In this document: positions 10,355 through 18,747 of the stretch, one piece after another
Layout of the letters: the number at the start of each line of letters is the position of its first letter
Position numbering within the stretch: the stretch's first letter is position 1
Position numbers and translations under genes: made by a program
From: Promethearchaeum syntrophicum
GTDB taxonomy: Archaea > Asgardarchaeota > Lokiarchaeia > Sigyniarchaeales > Promethearchaeaceae
Direction: 5' to 3'
Length of the DNA stretch: 32,000 bases
Assembly: GCF_008000775.2 (NCBI RefSeq)
Contig: NZ_CP042905.2
Span: forward strand, 1,620,001-1,652,000
The notes under the pieces: model-generated
Told to the model about the DNA's origin: nothing
What the model saw: only the letters and a program-made list of their open reading frames with translations
Database searches by the model: none

Positions 10355-10726
10355 ATGGCAAAAAAGAAAAAAGGAAAATCCACTGGTCAATCATTTGACC
10401 TTAGCGGTAAATTAAAAAATATCCAAACTCTTGTTCTGACTAAAAGACCGAAAGAAGCTATCGCATATCAATATATGTTGTTTACTATGATATGTGGTAT
10501 GAAATATCGTGAGGCAAAACATCCCTCCCAAAGTATTCGTGATTTTGCTATGACTATGGTAAGAAATCATTCGTTGAACCCAGCGAACGTTTATCCCTTT
10601 GTCCAAGAAGTTGAACATATTATCTATGGGGGACGTCAACCTGATAACGAAGCTTATCAACGGAGTTTAGAACGATTTGGAGAAGTTTTTCGTGAAATTA
10701 CAGGTAAGAAATTACCAAAACTTTAA
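10355..10726 (+). CDS. stand-alone DUF4129-like protein, paralogous to C-terminus of the preceding gene product
   Basis: EAIAYQYMLFTMICGMKYREAKHPSQSIRDFAMTMV...LNPANVYPFVQEVEHIIYGG...FGEVFREITG aligns without gaps to the tail of the 594-aa protein. Confidence 0.7.
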   Translation: MAKKKKGKSTGQSFDLSGKLKNIQTLVLTKRPKEAIAYQYMLFTMICGMKYREAKHPSQSIRDFAMTMVRNHSLNPANVYPFVQEVEHIIYGGRQPDNEAYQRSLERFGEVFREITGKKLPKL

Positions 10727-10762
10727 GATAATCAGCATATATTGAAGAAGGTTTAAATTTAA

Positions 10763-13294
10763 ATGGCAGTAAGAAATTATGGAATTATAGTAACGCCCAT
10801 TGGATTACTTTTTATAATAATAGGAGGTATTTTAGGGGGTATAGGTGGAAACAACGACAATGACATTTTACTAACCATTGGAATTTTTACTGCAATCCTT
10901 GGTGTTATCACATTATTTATTGGAATTTCTCGTCTGGTGCAAGGAAAAGATCGGAAAATAATGGGGCAAATAGTTCGTCCTAAAGCAGCAGCTAGAGGAT
11001 CAGCAATATGGGCGGCATTATTTTTCAATATCACTCCTTTATTATTGAATAATCCCGGTGTAATGGAGCATGGTCCACCTTTTCCCCTGGCAATTGTGTT
11101 TAATTCAGATATTGATCTTCAATCGAATAATTATTTATGGGTACCTTTTGTAGTAATCTTGTTTACGCTACTGTGGATTGTAGGATTTTTGTTCTCAGGA
11201 AAATTTCCAAAAACAGTGAATATCTTTTTCAATTGGATCATAACAATCTGTTTAACTTTCTACGTAAATTTTGGTTTATATTTCTTTTTAAGCACATTTT
11301 ATGCAGATAAAACGGGTAACTTCTTGCTTGAACCCTGGGCAGATGCTACTACAATAGCTGAATTAACGGCTCCGCTAATAATATCCATATCAATATTAAT
11401 TATATCAATATTTTTCCTAACGAGAATGATTAAGAATCTAAAAATTTCTTTTTCAAATTTAAACGTCAAGAAGAAAAATGCGTTAATTGTGAACATCATC
11501 CTTATTACCGCTTATATCTCTGCAATAAGCCCTATCGTTTTTGGGATTTGGCTTTGTTTAACCACAACTACTCCCTATATGGTAAGCCCATATATCGCAT
11601 ATTTTGGATTTATATTCGTTGGAATTGTTATCTATTATGCAATTTCGACTTTGATTAGCACATTTAAAGATTTAGGCAAATCCCAAGCAGGTGAAGGAAA
11701 AGCGGCTCACACGGGATTTAGCTTAAGTGGTGCAATTTTTATCGCTTTATTATTTCTTACCTGGTCGCCTCTCTTCCTACCAATTGTAGATCAAGGCATG
11801 AACAATAAGAATAATTCCATCTATAATCCGGATTGGAATGGATGGTCAAATTTTGCAGAGGCTGTAAGAGACGAAGGTTATGATGTAATGAGCATACAAT
11901 CTTCAATTAGCACGGTTGATCAACTTGATCCTAATAAGCAGATTATATTAGTCATAGGGGGACCGAATGTTTTCTATAATCCGCTTTCTGAAATTCCCTA
12001 TTTCTTAACGGCTTTTCGGAGAAATTTCTCCATGTTTGTAAATGAAGATCATGGACAAGCGGGAAATTTGTTGTTTTCAACCTATGCTGCTTCATTATTA
12101 ACAAGCCCAACACCTCTAACCTTATTTGCTCAAGGTGTTTTAAATGATAACGCATCATATTGGAAAGATCCAACTTTTCCCATTATAAAAAATTTTCCAG
12201 ATGCAGGAATACTCACACAAAATGTTAATGAAGTATGCTTATCTTCATCAGGAGGATTTTTAGGGGGAACTCTTTTTGGTCAATTAGGGTGGAATTTCTT
12301 AGGAAGCACATCCTCCCAATACAGTTGGATTGATAGGGACAATAATGGGATATATAATGCAAATGGAGATACTTATAATTTACCAGATACATTTACCAGC
12401 GTTCTTCAAGACCAGGAATCAATGGTAAGCGTATTAGGTAATATATTAGAGGTTGGTTTACAACTCGGTGGGTACTCGCAAACGGTTTTTGGAATGAAAG
12501 AATTAGCACTCAACTCACCAATTACAGTGGGAAATCAAACTGGAATACATTCTAGCAGAATGTTCGTTTCAGCCGATGCATCATGGTTAAATAATGAACT
12601 AACTTCGGATGAATCACGTGAAATTAGGGTCGATGGTTCACCACAAACAATTAGTGGTTTCGACAATTTACAATTCGGATTAAATATTATTGAATATTTA
12701 GCATGTGGGCGGGATACAGATGAATGCATTGTCGTTTTTGATGAAGCACATATTAGACCTGAAATAGGTTATACTGAAATTTCATCCGCTTCCTCATTCG
12801 GTGCAACTCAAGGTTATGTTAATTGGTTATCGACTAATCCCATTTTGGGCCTCGTTTACCCCTTATTTGCACTTCAAACCCTTCGAAAATGGATACCGAA
12901 GGAAGGGGATAAGAAAAAGGTCCAACTTCGTGATCTTGAAGAAGAAGAACGAAGATTGTCCATGTTATCATTCAGAAGTTCTTCCTTTTTCGCACAAAAA
13001 ATCAATTGGTACCGTCAACATCATAAATTTAGACAAGCGCTAATCCAACTTTATAGACGCTTGGAGCGTAAAGTCAATCGATTACTCGGCGATGCTCCAG
13101 ACCGCTCTGTTACCGCCATTATGAAGGCAATAGAACGTGAACGAGGAAAGTATATGTCTAAAGATAATTATAGAAGAATCCAGGCTTTCTTTGAAAAAAT
13201 GGTTAGCTTGAAAGCTAATAAATCAGATATCAAAAATGAACATGAATTTGAAGATCTATTCATGGAAATGAGTTGGGTTTCAGACCATGTTTGA
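10763..13294 (+). CDS. multi-TM protein with DUF4350-like extracellular/periplasmic domain
   Basis: 843 aa; about 8-9 hydrophobic segments in the first ~350 aa; then NKQIILVIGGPNVFYNPLSEIPYFLTAFRRNFSMFVNEDHGQAGNLLFSTYA and later DECIVVFDEAHIRP, NPILGLVYPLFALQTLRKWIP resembling DUF4350 proteins that accompany MoxR/DUF58 genes. Confidence 0.6.
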   Translation: MAVRNYGIIVTPIGLLFIIIGGILGGIGGNNDNDILLTIGIFTAILGVITLFIGISRLVQGKDRKIMGQIVRPKAAARGSAIWAALFFNITPLLLNNPGVMEHGPPFPLAIVFNSDIDLQSNNYLWVPFVVILFTLLWIVGFLFSGKFPKTVNIFFNWIITICLTFYVNFGLYFFLSTFYADKTGNFLLEPWADATTIAELTAPLIISISILIISIFFLTRMIKNLKISFSNLNVKKKNALIVNIILITAYISAISPIVFGIWLCLTTTTPYMVSPYIAYFGFIFVGIVIYYAISTLISTFKDLGKSQAGEGKAAHTGFSLSGAIFIALLFLTWSPLFLPIVDQGMNNKNNSIYNPDWNGWSNFAEAVRDEGYDVMSIQSSISTVDQLDPNKQIILVIGGPNVFYNPLSEIPYFLTAFRRNFSMFVNEDHGQAGNLLFSTYAASLLTSPTPLTLFAQGVLNDNASYWKDPTFPIIKNFPDAGILTQNVNEVCLSSSGGFLGGTLFGQLGWNFLGSTSSQYSWIDRDNNGIYNANGDTYNLPDTFTSVLQDQESMVSVLGNILEVGLQLGGYSQTVFGMKELALNSPITVGNQTGIHSSRMFVSADASWLNNELTSDESREIRVDGSPQTISGFDNLQFGLNIIEYLACGRDTDECIVVFDEAHIRPEIGYTEISSASSFGATQGYVNWLSTNPILGLVYPLFALQTLRKWIPKEGDKKKVQLRDLEEEERRLSMLSFRSSSFFAQKINWYRQHHKFRQALIQLYRRLERKVNRLLGDAPDRSVTAIMKAIERERGKYMSKDNYRRIQAFFEKMVSLKANKSDIKNEHEFEDLFMEMSWVSDHV

Positions 13295-13421
13295 AAATGA
13301 ATAATATTAACATCTATGTTATATTTTACAATCATTTTTTTTTAGTAAAAATTTAGAAATGAAATACAAAATAGAAATAAAAAAAATAGGAAAAAAGTTA
13401 AAACAAAAAAAGGTTATCAAA

Positions 13422-14378
13422 ATGGCAGAAGTTGAAGAATTGGACATTGGCGTTGTTAGAGAAATAACACAAGACGTCCTAGCAGAAGTTTCCAGAGTTA
13501 TCGTTGGAATGGGATATGAACTCCAAATGTTGTTCATTGGTTTGTTAACAAATGGTCATATCTTGCTGGAAGGCGTACCTGGGCTCGCAAAAACAGTTAT
13601 GGCAAAAACATTCGCAGAAGCATTAGGTATCTCGTTCAACCGAATACAATTTACTCCTGATTTATTACCATCCGATTGTACGGGATCTATGGTTTTCGAT
13701 CAATCAAAGGGAGATTTCGTAATTCGGAAAGGACCCTTATTCGCAAACATCGTACTGGCTGACGAAATCAATCGTACAGCCCCTAAGACTCAAGCCGCGT
13801 TGCTTGAAGCTATGGGAGAAAAGCAAGTTACCATAGAAGGTCAAACTTATACTCTAGAAAAACCCTTCCAAGTTGTAGCTACACAAAACCCAATCGAGCA
13901 AGAAGGAACATACCCACTACCTGAAGCTCAACTTGATCGATTCATTTTCAAATTATGGCTAGATTATCCTCCAGAGGATGATGAAATTGAAATCATGGCA
14001 AGACAACTCAGTGGTGTTGCGATTCAAATCGAACCGATTACGAACGCCGAGGAAATAATTGAATTACAGCATTTGGTTGATGCTGTTTATATGGATCATA
14101 TAATTTTAGAATATATTAAGAATATCGTATTTAAAACTCGAAATGATCCACAGATCGGAATCGGAGCTGGACCAAGGGCTAGTTTAAATCTTATGAAAAC
14201 TGCAAAAGCCCGTGCTGCTATTTTAGGGAGAGATTATGTGACTCCAGATGATGTAAAAGAGTTATGTGTTCCAATTTTGAATCATCGACTCGCTCTTAAG
14301 CCAGAAGCAGAACTTGAAGGTCTAACAACTACGGCAGTAATAAATCGGATACTTTCCGATGTAGAGGTTCCAATGTAA
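13422..14378 (+). CDS. MoxR-family AAA+ ATPase
   Basis: GVPGLAKTVMAKTFAEAL (Walker A), VLADEINRTAPKTQAALLEAMGEKQVTIEG (Walker B/sensor region), NPIEQEGTYPLPEAQLDRF. The track begins at 13359; MAEVEELD at 13422 is a likelier start. Confidence 0.93.
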   Translation: MAEVEELDIGVVREITQDVLAEVSRVIVGMGYELQMLFIGLLTNGHILLEGVPGLAKTVMAKTFAEALGISFNRIQFTPDLLPSDCTGSMVFDQSKGDFVIRKGPLFANIVLADEINRTAPKTQAALLEAMGEKQVTIEGQTYTLEKPFQVVATQNPIEQEGTYPLPEAQLDRFIFKLWLDYPPEDDEIEIMARQLSGVAIQIEPITNAEEIIELQHLVDAVYMDHIILEYIKNIVFKTRNDPQIGIGAGPRASLNLMKTAKARAAILGRDYVTPDDVKELCVPILNHRLALKPEAELEGLTTTAVINRILSDVEVPM

Positions 14379-14505
14379 TTCTTAATTCCTATTTTTTTAT
14401 TTCTTCTATTTCTTCCCTTGGAATTCTTATTACCACATTTCTCCGATTTTTGTAAGGTAGAGCTACATTGTTAAGTTAAAAAGATCATATTTCTTTAAAC
14501 AAAAA

Positions 14506-16188
14506 ATGGATCTTCAGCAAAAATTATCGCAATTGTATTCATGTCAAACCAAAGATTATCACCAAATTGCGATCAATCTCCTAACTAATTTACGTAAAAG
14601 TGAAGAATTTTTATTGGTATTAATTAAAAAGTTTTTGAATTCACCGTTATCGATGAATTCGCAACGATTTTTAGAAATTGCGAATCAAATCCCGCTGCAG
14701 GTGTATAAAAATCTATTAAATAAAGCTGAAAGAAAACAAAAATATGACGTTGATCCTTTGATTCATCATCAAATTTCAGGTTTTATTCAATTAATGCTTA
14801 GAAATTACACTCAAGCAGATAGTCTTTTTCAAAAATCTGAAGAAATCATGAAAAATAACATCCATACTCAATTTCTCCAATCAAATTCGGCGCGTTTGAA
14901 TTTTGATTTCACTTTAGCTGAAGCAATATTAAATCAATTGTTAGAAAAAGACCCTGAAAATGCAATTTTTTGGGATCGCCGTGGACAAATCGCCCTCGAT
15001 CGCCACCATTTCAGTAAAGCAGAAGAATTTTTTACGAAATCCTGGGAAAAAAATTGCGTTCATCAAATTGATAGAAGCAAAAAAAAGCAAAATGCTACTA
15101 AGCACGATATCTTAGCAAACTGTCATAATTATTCATTGATGCAACTTATATGGATTAAAATTGAGTTTCAACAATTTGATCAGGTACAAGAACTCATCGA
15201 AATCGCGAAGAAAAATGATCTTAACGATCCATATCTTTCCAATTCTTTAGGAGATCTAAACCGCTTTAAACAAGACTCTCTTGGTAGCATTAATGCCTAT
15301 ACTAATGCAATTGAAATGAATCCGTTTGAACCTCTATTTTGGAAAAATCTCGCCTTAATTTACATGCAAATCGGAGAATTTAAGCAAACTCAAATTGCAC
15401 TCGAGGAACTCATGACCTTAGATCCGGATAAAATCGACCCATGGATTACATATGCTTGGTTTTATGAAGAAAAAAATGAATTTGAAAGCGCAATTAAGAA
15501 AATCAAAGAAGGTCTTGAAAAGATTCCGAACTGTGCAGAGCTTTATATTGAACTTGCAAGGTGCTATAATGAAATTGGGGAGGGTTTAGGAGAATTTAAA
15601 TATCTTCAAAAAGCTAGAGAAGTTTCCCCTCGAAATGTTAACGTCCTCAATGGTCTTGCTTATTATTTCCTCAATAATGATGACTATGAAGCATCTGAAG
15701 AACTTTTTCAACAAATACTCAAAATAGATCCAGCCAATATCACGGCTTTAAATGGACTAGCTACTCTTAAATATGAAGAACATCATGACCCGGTTTCAGC
15801 AGAAAATTACTTAAAACAATCGATAGAAATTGATCCATCTAATCTACAAACCTGGATTCAATATGGGCAACTAATTTTTCATGAGGAAAAATATGTTGAA
15901 GCGGAAAAATACTTCAAAAAAGCCCTCGATATTAATCCCCATCATATCAGCGTACTTCATTATTTGGGGCTAATTGCTTGGGGAATTCATGGAGATCTCA
16001 AACAAGCTGAAAGTTATTTTAAGCATGCCCTAAGCTTTGCAGATGATAATATCTCAATCTCGCTAGATCTCATTGAATTATATAGAACTGATTTGAAACA
16101 AATAGAAAAAGCAAAGGAAATCACGAAAAATTTATTGAAAATTCTCCCTGATGATAAATATTTGAAGGAAATCCTCAAAAACTTATGA
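14506..16188 (+). CDS. tetratricopeptide repeat (TPR) protein
   Basis: 560 aa, repeated 34-aa TPR-like helices, e.g. SAENYLKQSIEIDPSNLQTWIQYGQLIFHEEKYVEAEKYFKKALDINPHHISVLHYLG. Confidence 0.85.
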   Translation: MDLQQKLSQLYSCQTKDYHQIAINLLTNLRKSEEFLLVLIKKFLNSPLSMNSQRFLEIANQIPLQVYKNLLNKAERKQKYDVDPLIHHQISGFIQLMLRNYTQADSLFQKSEEIMKNNIHTQFLQSNSARLNFDFTLAEAILNQLLEKDPENAIFWDRRGQIALDRHHFSKAEEFFTKSWEKNCVHQIDRSKKKQNATKHDILANCHNYSLMQLIWIKIEFQQFDQVQELIEIAKKNDLNDPYLSNSLGDLNRFKQDSLGSINAYTNAIEMNPFEPLFWKNLALIYMQIGEFKQTQIALEELMTLDPDKIDPWITYAWFYEEKNEFESAIKKIKEGLEKIPNCAELYIELARCYNEIGEGLGEFKYLQKAREVSPRNVNVLNGLAYYFLNNDDYEASEELFQQILKIDPANITALNGLATLKYEEHHDPVSAENYLKQSIEIDPSNLQTWIQYGQLIFHEEKYVEAEKYFKKALDINPHHISVLHYLGLIAWGIHGDLKQAESYFKHALSFADDNISISLDLIELYRTDLKQIEKAKEITKNLLKILPDDKYLKEILKNL

Positions 16189-16550
16189 TAATTAAATGAA
16201 GGGTGGAATAAATATCCCATAATATAACTCGTATATCATAAAAAATAAAACAAATAAAATAAAGTTCAAAATTGGGTAAAAAAGATTTTTTTTGCTTAAC
16301 TGTATTTATCATAGGGAGTTTTAATATACTATTTTTCTCCCAAACCTTGATTATGAGAGAAAAAAATTACAATATTATTGACCACAACACTTACGGTATA
16401 AAAAAACGTTATTGTAAAATCCATTTAAAAATCCCCACAATCAACGGGAAAAATCTTTTTTACTTAAAAATCTATAAAAAAAAATAATTTTTTTTATGTT
16501 TGCGGAATAATAAAACACAAAATTATATTCTTAGGATCAGCTGTATTGAA

Positions 16551-16745
16551 ATGTTGTTAAAAATTCATGCACATTTCATTTATTATGCTGATTCAAATGA
16601 AAATAAAGATCGAATTAATAATATCGAGTAAAAATTAGTTGAAAAAGCAAGAAAATACAAGCGGAATTATGATATATTCACATTGAACGAGATTTTTTCT
16701 AATGAAAAATTAATCTTGGAAAAAAAAGGGAATTTATTTTATTGA
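16551..16745 (+). pseudogene. possible degraded small gene interrupted by an in-frame stop
   Basis: Frame from 16551 reads MLLKIHAHFIYYADSNENKDRINNIE*KLVEKARKYKRNYDIFTLNEIFSNEKLILEKKGNLFY*, with TAA at 16629-16631; protein-like on both sides of the stop. Confidence 0.25.
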
Positions 16746-17183
16746 TATTTTTTTCTTAAAATCTTCAAAAAAGACATAATCGCCATTTTTTAATTCATCT
16801 AATGATTCTGAAATTGATTTAACAACTTTTGAATTACGTAAATCTTTGGGGAGATTTTTAATAGTTAGCTCTTTGCGAGTTTCATAGTAAAAATCATGAT
16901 ATTCGTTAATTTCATCTAATATTTCCCGATCATCAATAGAAGATTTTAAACTTAACACACTTTCATAAAATTTAATAAAGGCTTCTTGATATGTTTCAAG
17001 ATTTTTAGGGATAATTTGATCATTTAATTCTTTACGCATTATCCCTAAATCACGATTCGACATTCCCGAACCATATTTTTCTTTTAATATTTCTTGGATC
17101 TCGCCATAAGGGAGATGGTTCTTTAGTAATTTCAATGTAAAATCTTTTTTTTCTATTTTATCTTCTTTCGTAAGTTGTTGCAT
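16734..17183 (-). CDS. small hypothetical protein with HTH-like N-terminus, candidate antitoxin/regulator
   Basis: 149 aa; YGEIQEILKEKYGSGMSNRDLGIMRKELN looks like a small helix-turn-helix segment; divergently oriented to the RelE-like gene. Confidence 0.55.
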   Translation of the reverse strand: MQQLTKEDKIEKKDFTLKLLKNHLPYGEIQEILKEKYGSGMSNRDLGIMRKELNDQIIPKNLETYQEAFIKFYESVLSLKSSIDDREILDEINEYHDFYYETRKELTIKNLPKDLRNSKVVKSISESLDELKNGDYVFFEDFKKKISIK

Positions 17184-17238
17184 ACCATTTTTTCACTTTT
17201 TTTTTGGTAATTTTTTACCTTATAATTACCATAAAATA

Positions 17239-17268
17239 TTCTTAAGAAATTCTTAAGTTATTCTTAAG
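17239..17268. repeat. three TTCTTAAG boxes in exact 11-bp phase
   Basis: TTCTTAAG begins at 17239, 17250 and 17261; each contains the palindrome CTTAAG. Confidence 0.85.
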
Positions 17269-17318
17269 ATAATTAAATAATTTTAAATATATAAATATAA
17301 TTAATATAATTATAAATA

Positions 17319-17348
17319 ATGGTAAATTTATGGTAAATATTATAAAAG
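17319..17348 (+). promoter_or_regulatory. candidate toxin promoter/operator: two ATGGTAAAT boxes plus TATA box
   Basis: ATGGTAAAT at 17319-17327 and 17330-17338 (11-bp spacing), immediately followed by TATAAAAG at 17341-17348, 27 nt upstream of the ATG at 17368. Confidence 0.55.
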
Positions 17349-17367
17349 AAATTTTCCTTTTATATAT

Positions 17368-17628
17368 ATGTCTTGGCAACTTAGACTTCCAAAAAAATGG
17401 CAAAACTTCATTGATAAATTAGAGAAAATAGATCAAGAAAAAATTAATCAAGTTTTAGATGAAATTAAAATAAATCCTTATGAAAATGATGGAATAGTCC
17501 AGAAATTCTCACCTACTAAAGTGTTTAAAAGGCGAGCAGGTGATTATCGGATTTTATATTTGATAACTAAGAAAATCAAAATTATTGATATCGTTAAAAT
17601 TGGTCATCGAAAAAATGTTTACAATTGA
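17368..17628 (+). CDS. RelE/ParE-superfamily toxin
   Basis: 86 aa; ...VFKRRAGDYRILYLITKKIKIIDIVKIGHRKNVYN matches the characteristic RelE/ParE C-terminal half (R-GDYRI-Y-I ... I-I--I-HR--VY). Confidence 0.8.
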   Translation: MSWQLRLPKKWQNFIDKLEKIDQEKINQVLDEIKINPYENDGIVQKFSPTKVFKRRAGDYRILYLITKKIKIIDIVKIGHRKNVYN

Positions 17629-17754
17629 AATATCATTCAATTTTTTTTTTGAATTAAGGGACGACAAGTTCAAACAAATCTAAATAGTTTTCATATTAAT
17701 TGGGCATAGTTTTAATTCCAAAACCCATTAAAAATTATAGAGATCGAGATCAAT

Positions 17755-18612
17755 ATGATTTCCGAAATTCCAGAATCTGAAAGAGATATTATAAATTATT
17801 TCGATAATCCGAAATATGTTGTAAAAAATGGACACATTGTTGAATTTTCTCTTTCATCTAAATATATAACATCTCTTCCCGATTGTATTGGAAAATTAAC
17901 ATCGTTAATTAATTTAGATCTAAGAAGGAATAATCTAACTTCACTTCCTAAAAGCATAGGTAACTTGACTTCTTTGGTGACTCTAAGTTTATTTAGTAAT
18001 AATCTAACATCTCTTCCTGAAAGTATAGGCAATCTAACTTCACTCACAATTCTAAATCTATTTAATAATAATTTAACGACTCTTCCTGAGAGCATAGGCA
18101 ATCTTACCTCACTCAGGACCTTAAATTTGAATAGAAATATTCTAATCTCTCTTCCCGAAAGTATTGGAAATTTGAAAGCGCTTAAAACCTTAAATTTATA
18201 TGATAATAGTTTAGCTTCTCTTCCAGAAAGTATAAGCAAACTAATTTCTCTCGGAGAATTAGATTTAGATAAAAATCCAATTAAAACTCTTTCAAATTTA
18301 TCTATAGATTTATTGAAACGGGGACATTTCCAAAGCAATAATCTTACTCCTAAGGGTCAAAAATTATTTTCATTTCATGGATCTCGCGAGATCTTCAAAT
18401 ATTACCGAAAATCACCATTTGAACTCGCCAATCAATATCTTTCTGACCCAAAATCTTTAACAGATGATGAAATCGAAAGATTGATACATGAAACAAGTGG
18501 TAGGGAGCAAGAAATGCTCGAAAATCAATTGCCGCCCGAAAATCCAATTCTATGCAAAATAATTAAACAAAATGCTATTGAACTTCAAAATGGATTTAAA
18601 ATTCTCTTATAA
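17755..18612 (+). CDS. leucine-rich repeat protein with helical C-terminal domain
   Basis: 285 aa; about seven 23-aa repeats LTSLxxLxLxxNNLTSLPESIGN followed by KGQKLFSFHGSREIFKYYRKSPFELANQYLSDPKSLTDDEIERLIHETSGREQEMLENQLPPENPI. Confidence 0.88.
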   Translation: MISEIPESERDIINYFDNPKYVVKNGHIVEFSLSSKYITSLPDCIGKLTSLINLDLRRNNLTSLPKSIGNLTSLVTLSLFSNNLTSLPESIGNLTSLTILNLFNNNLTTLPESIGNLTSLRTLNLNRNILISLPESIGNLKALKTLNLYDNSLASLPESISKLISLGELDLDKNPIKTLSNLSIDLLKRGHFQSNNLTPKGQKLFSFHGSREIFKYYRKSPFELANQYLSDPKSLTDDEIERLIHETSGREQEMLENQLPPENPILCKIIKQNAIELQNGFKILL

Positions 18613-18747
18613 CAAAGGCAAAGAACGCAACGAAAGTTTTATTTATTAAACCCTAAACTATATAGGTAACAACAATCAACTTGTAATGTAAATATTAGTT
18701 CCAAATTTTTTTCATGCATTTAAAAACTTTTCAGGAGAAAAAATAAT

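Noticed and set aside
3587-13043. Several 60-95-aa ORFs antisense or out of frame inside the large envelope genes (e.g. 3587..3769, 4612..4839, 10777..11034, 12801..13043)
   Set aside because: All lie within well-supported longer coding frames and show no independent family or composition signal.
16272-16487. 71-aa + strand ORF after the TPR gene
   Set aside because: Short, AT-rich, Phe/Lys/Asn-dominated composition and no recognisable family; probably chance.
17890-18250. Regular ~69-bp DNA repeats that could suggest a CRISPR-like or minisatellite array
   Set aside because: They are in frame and encode 23-aa leucine-rich repeats; there are no unique spacers or short palindromic repeats.
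17796-18338. 180-aa minus-strand ORF opposite the LRR gene
   Set aside because: Mirror frame created by the regular LRR codon pattern; the + strand LRR reading is unambiguous.
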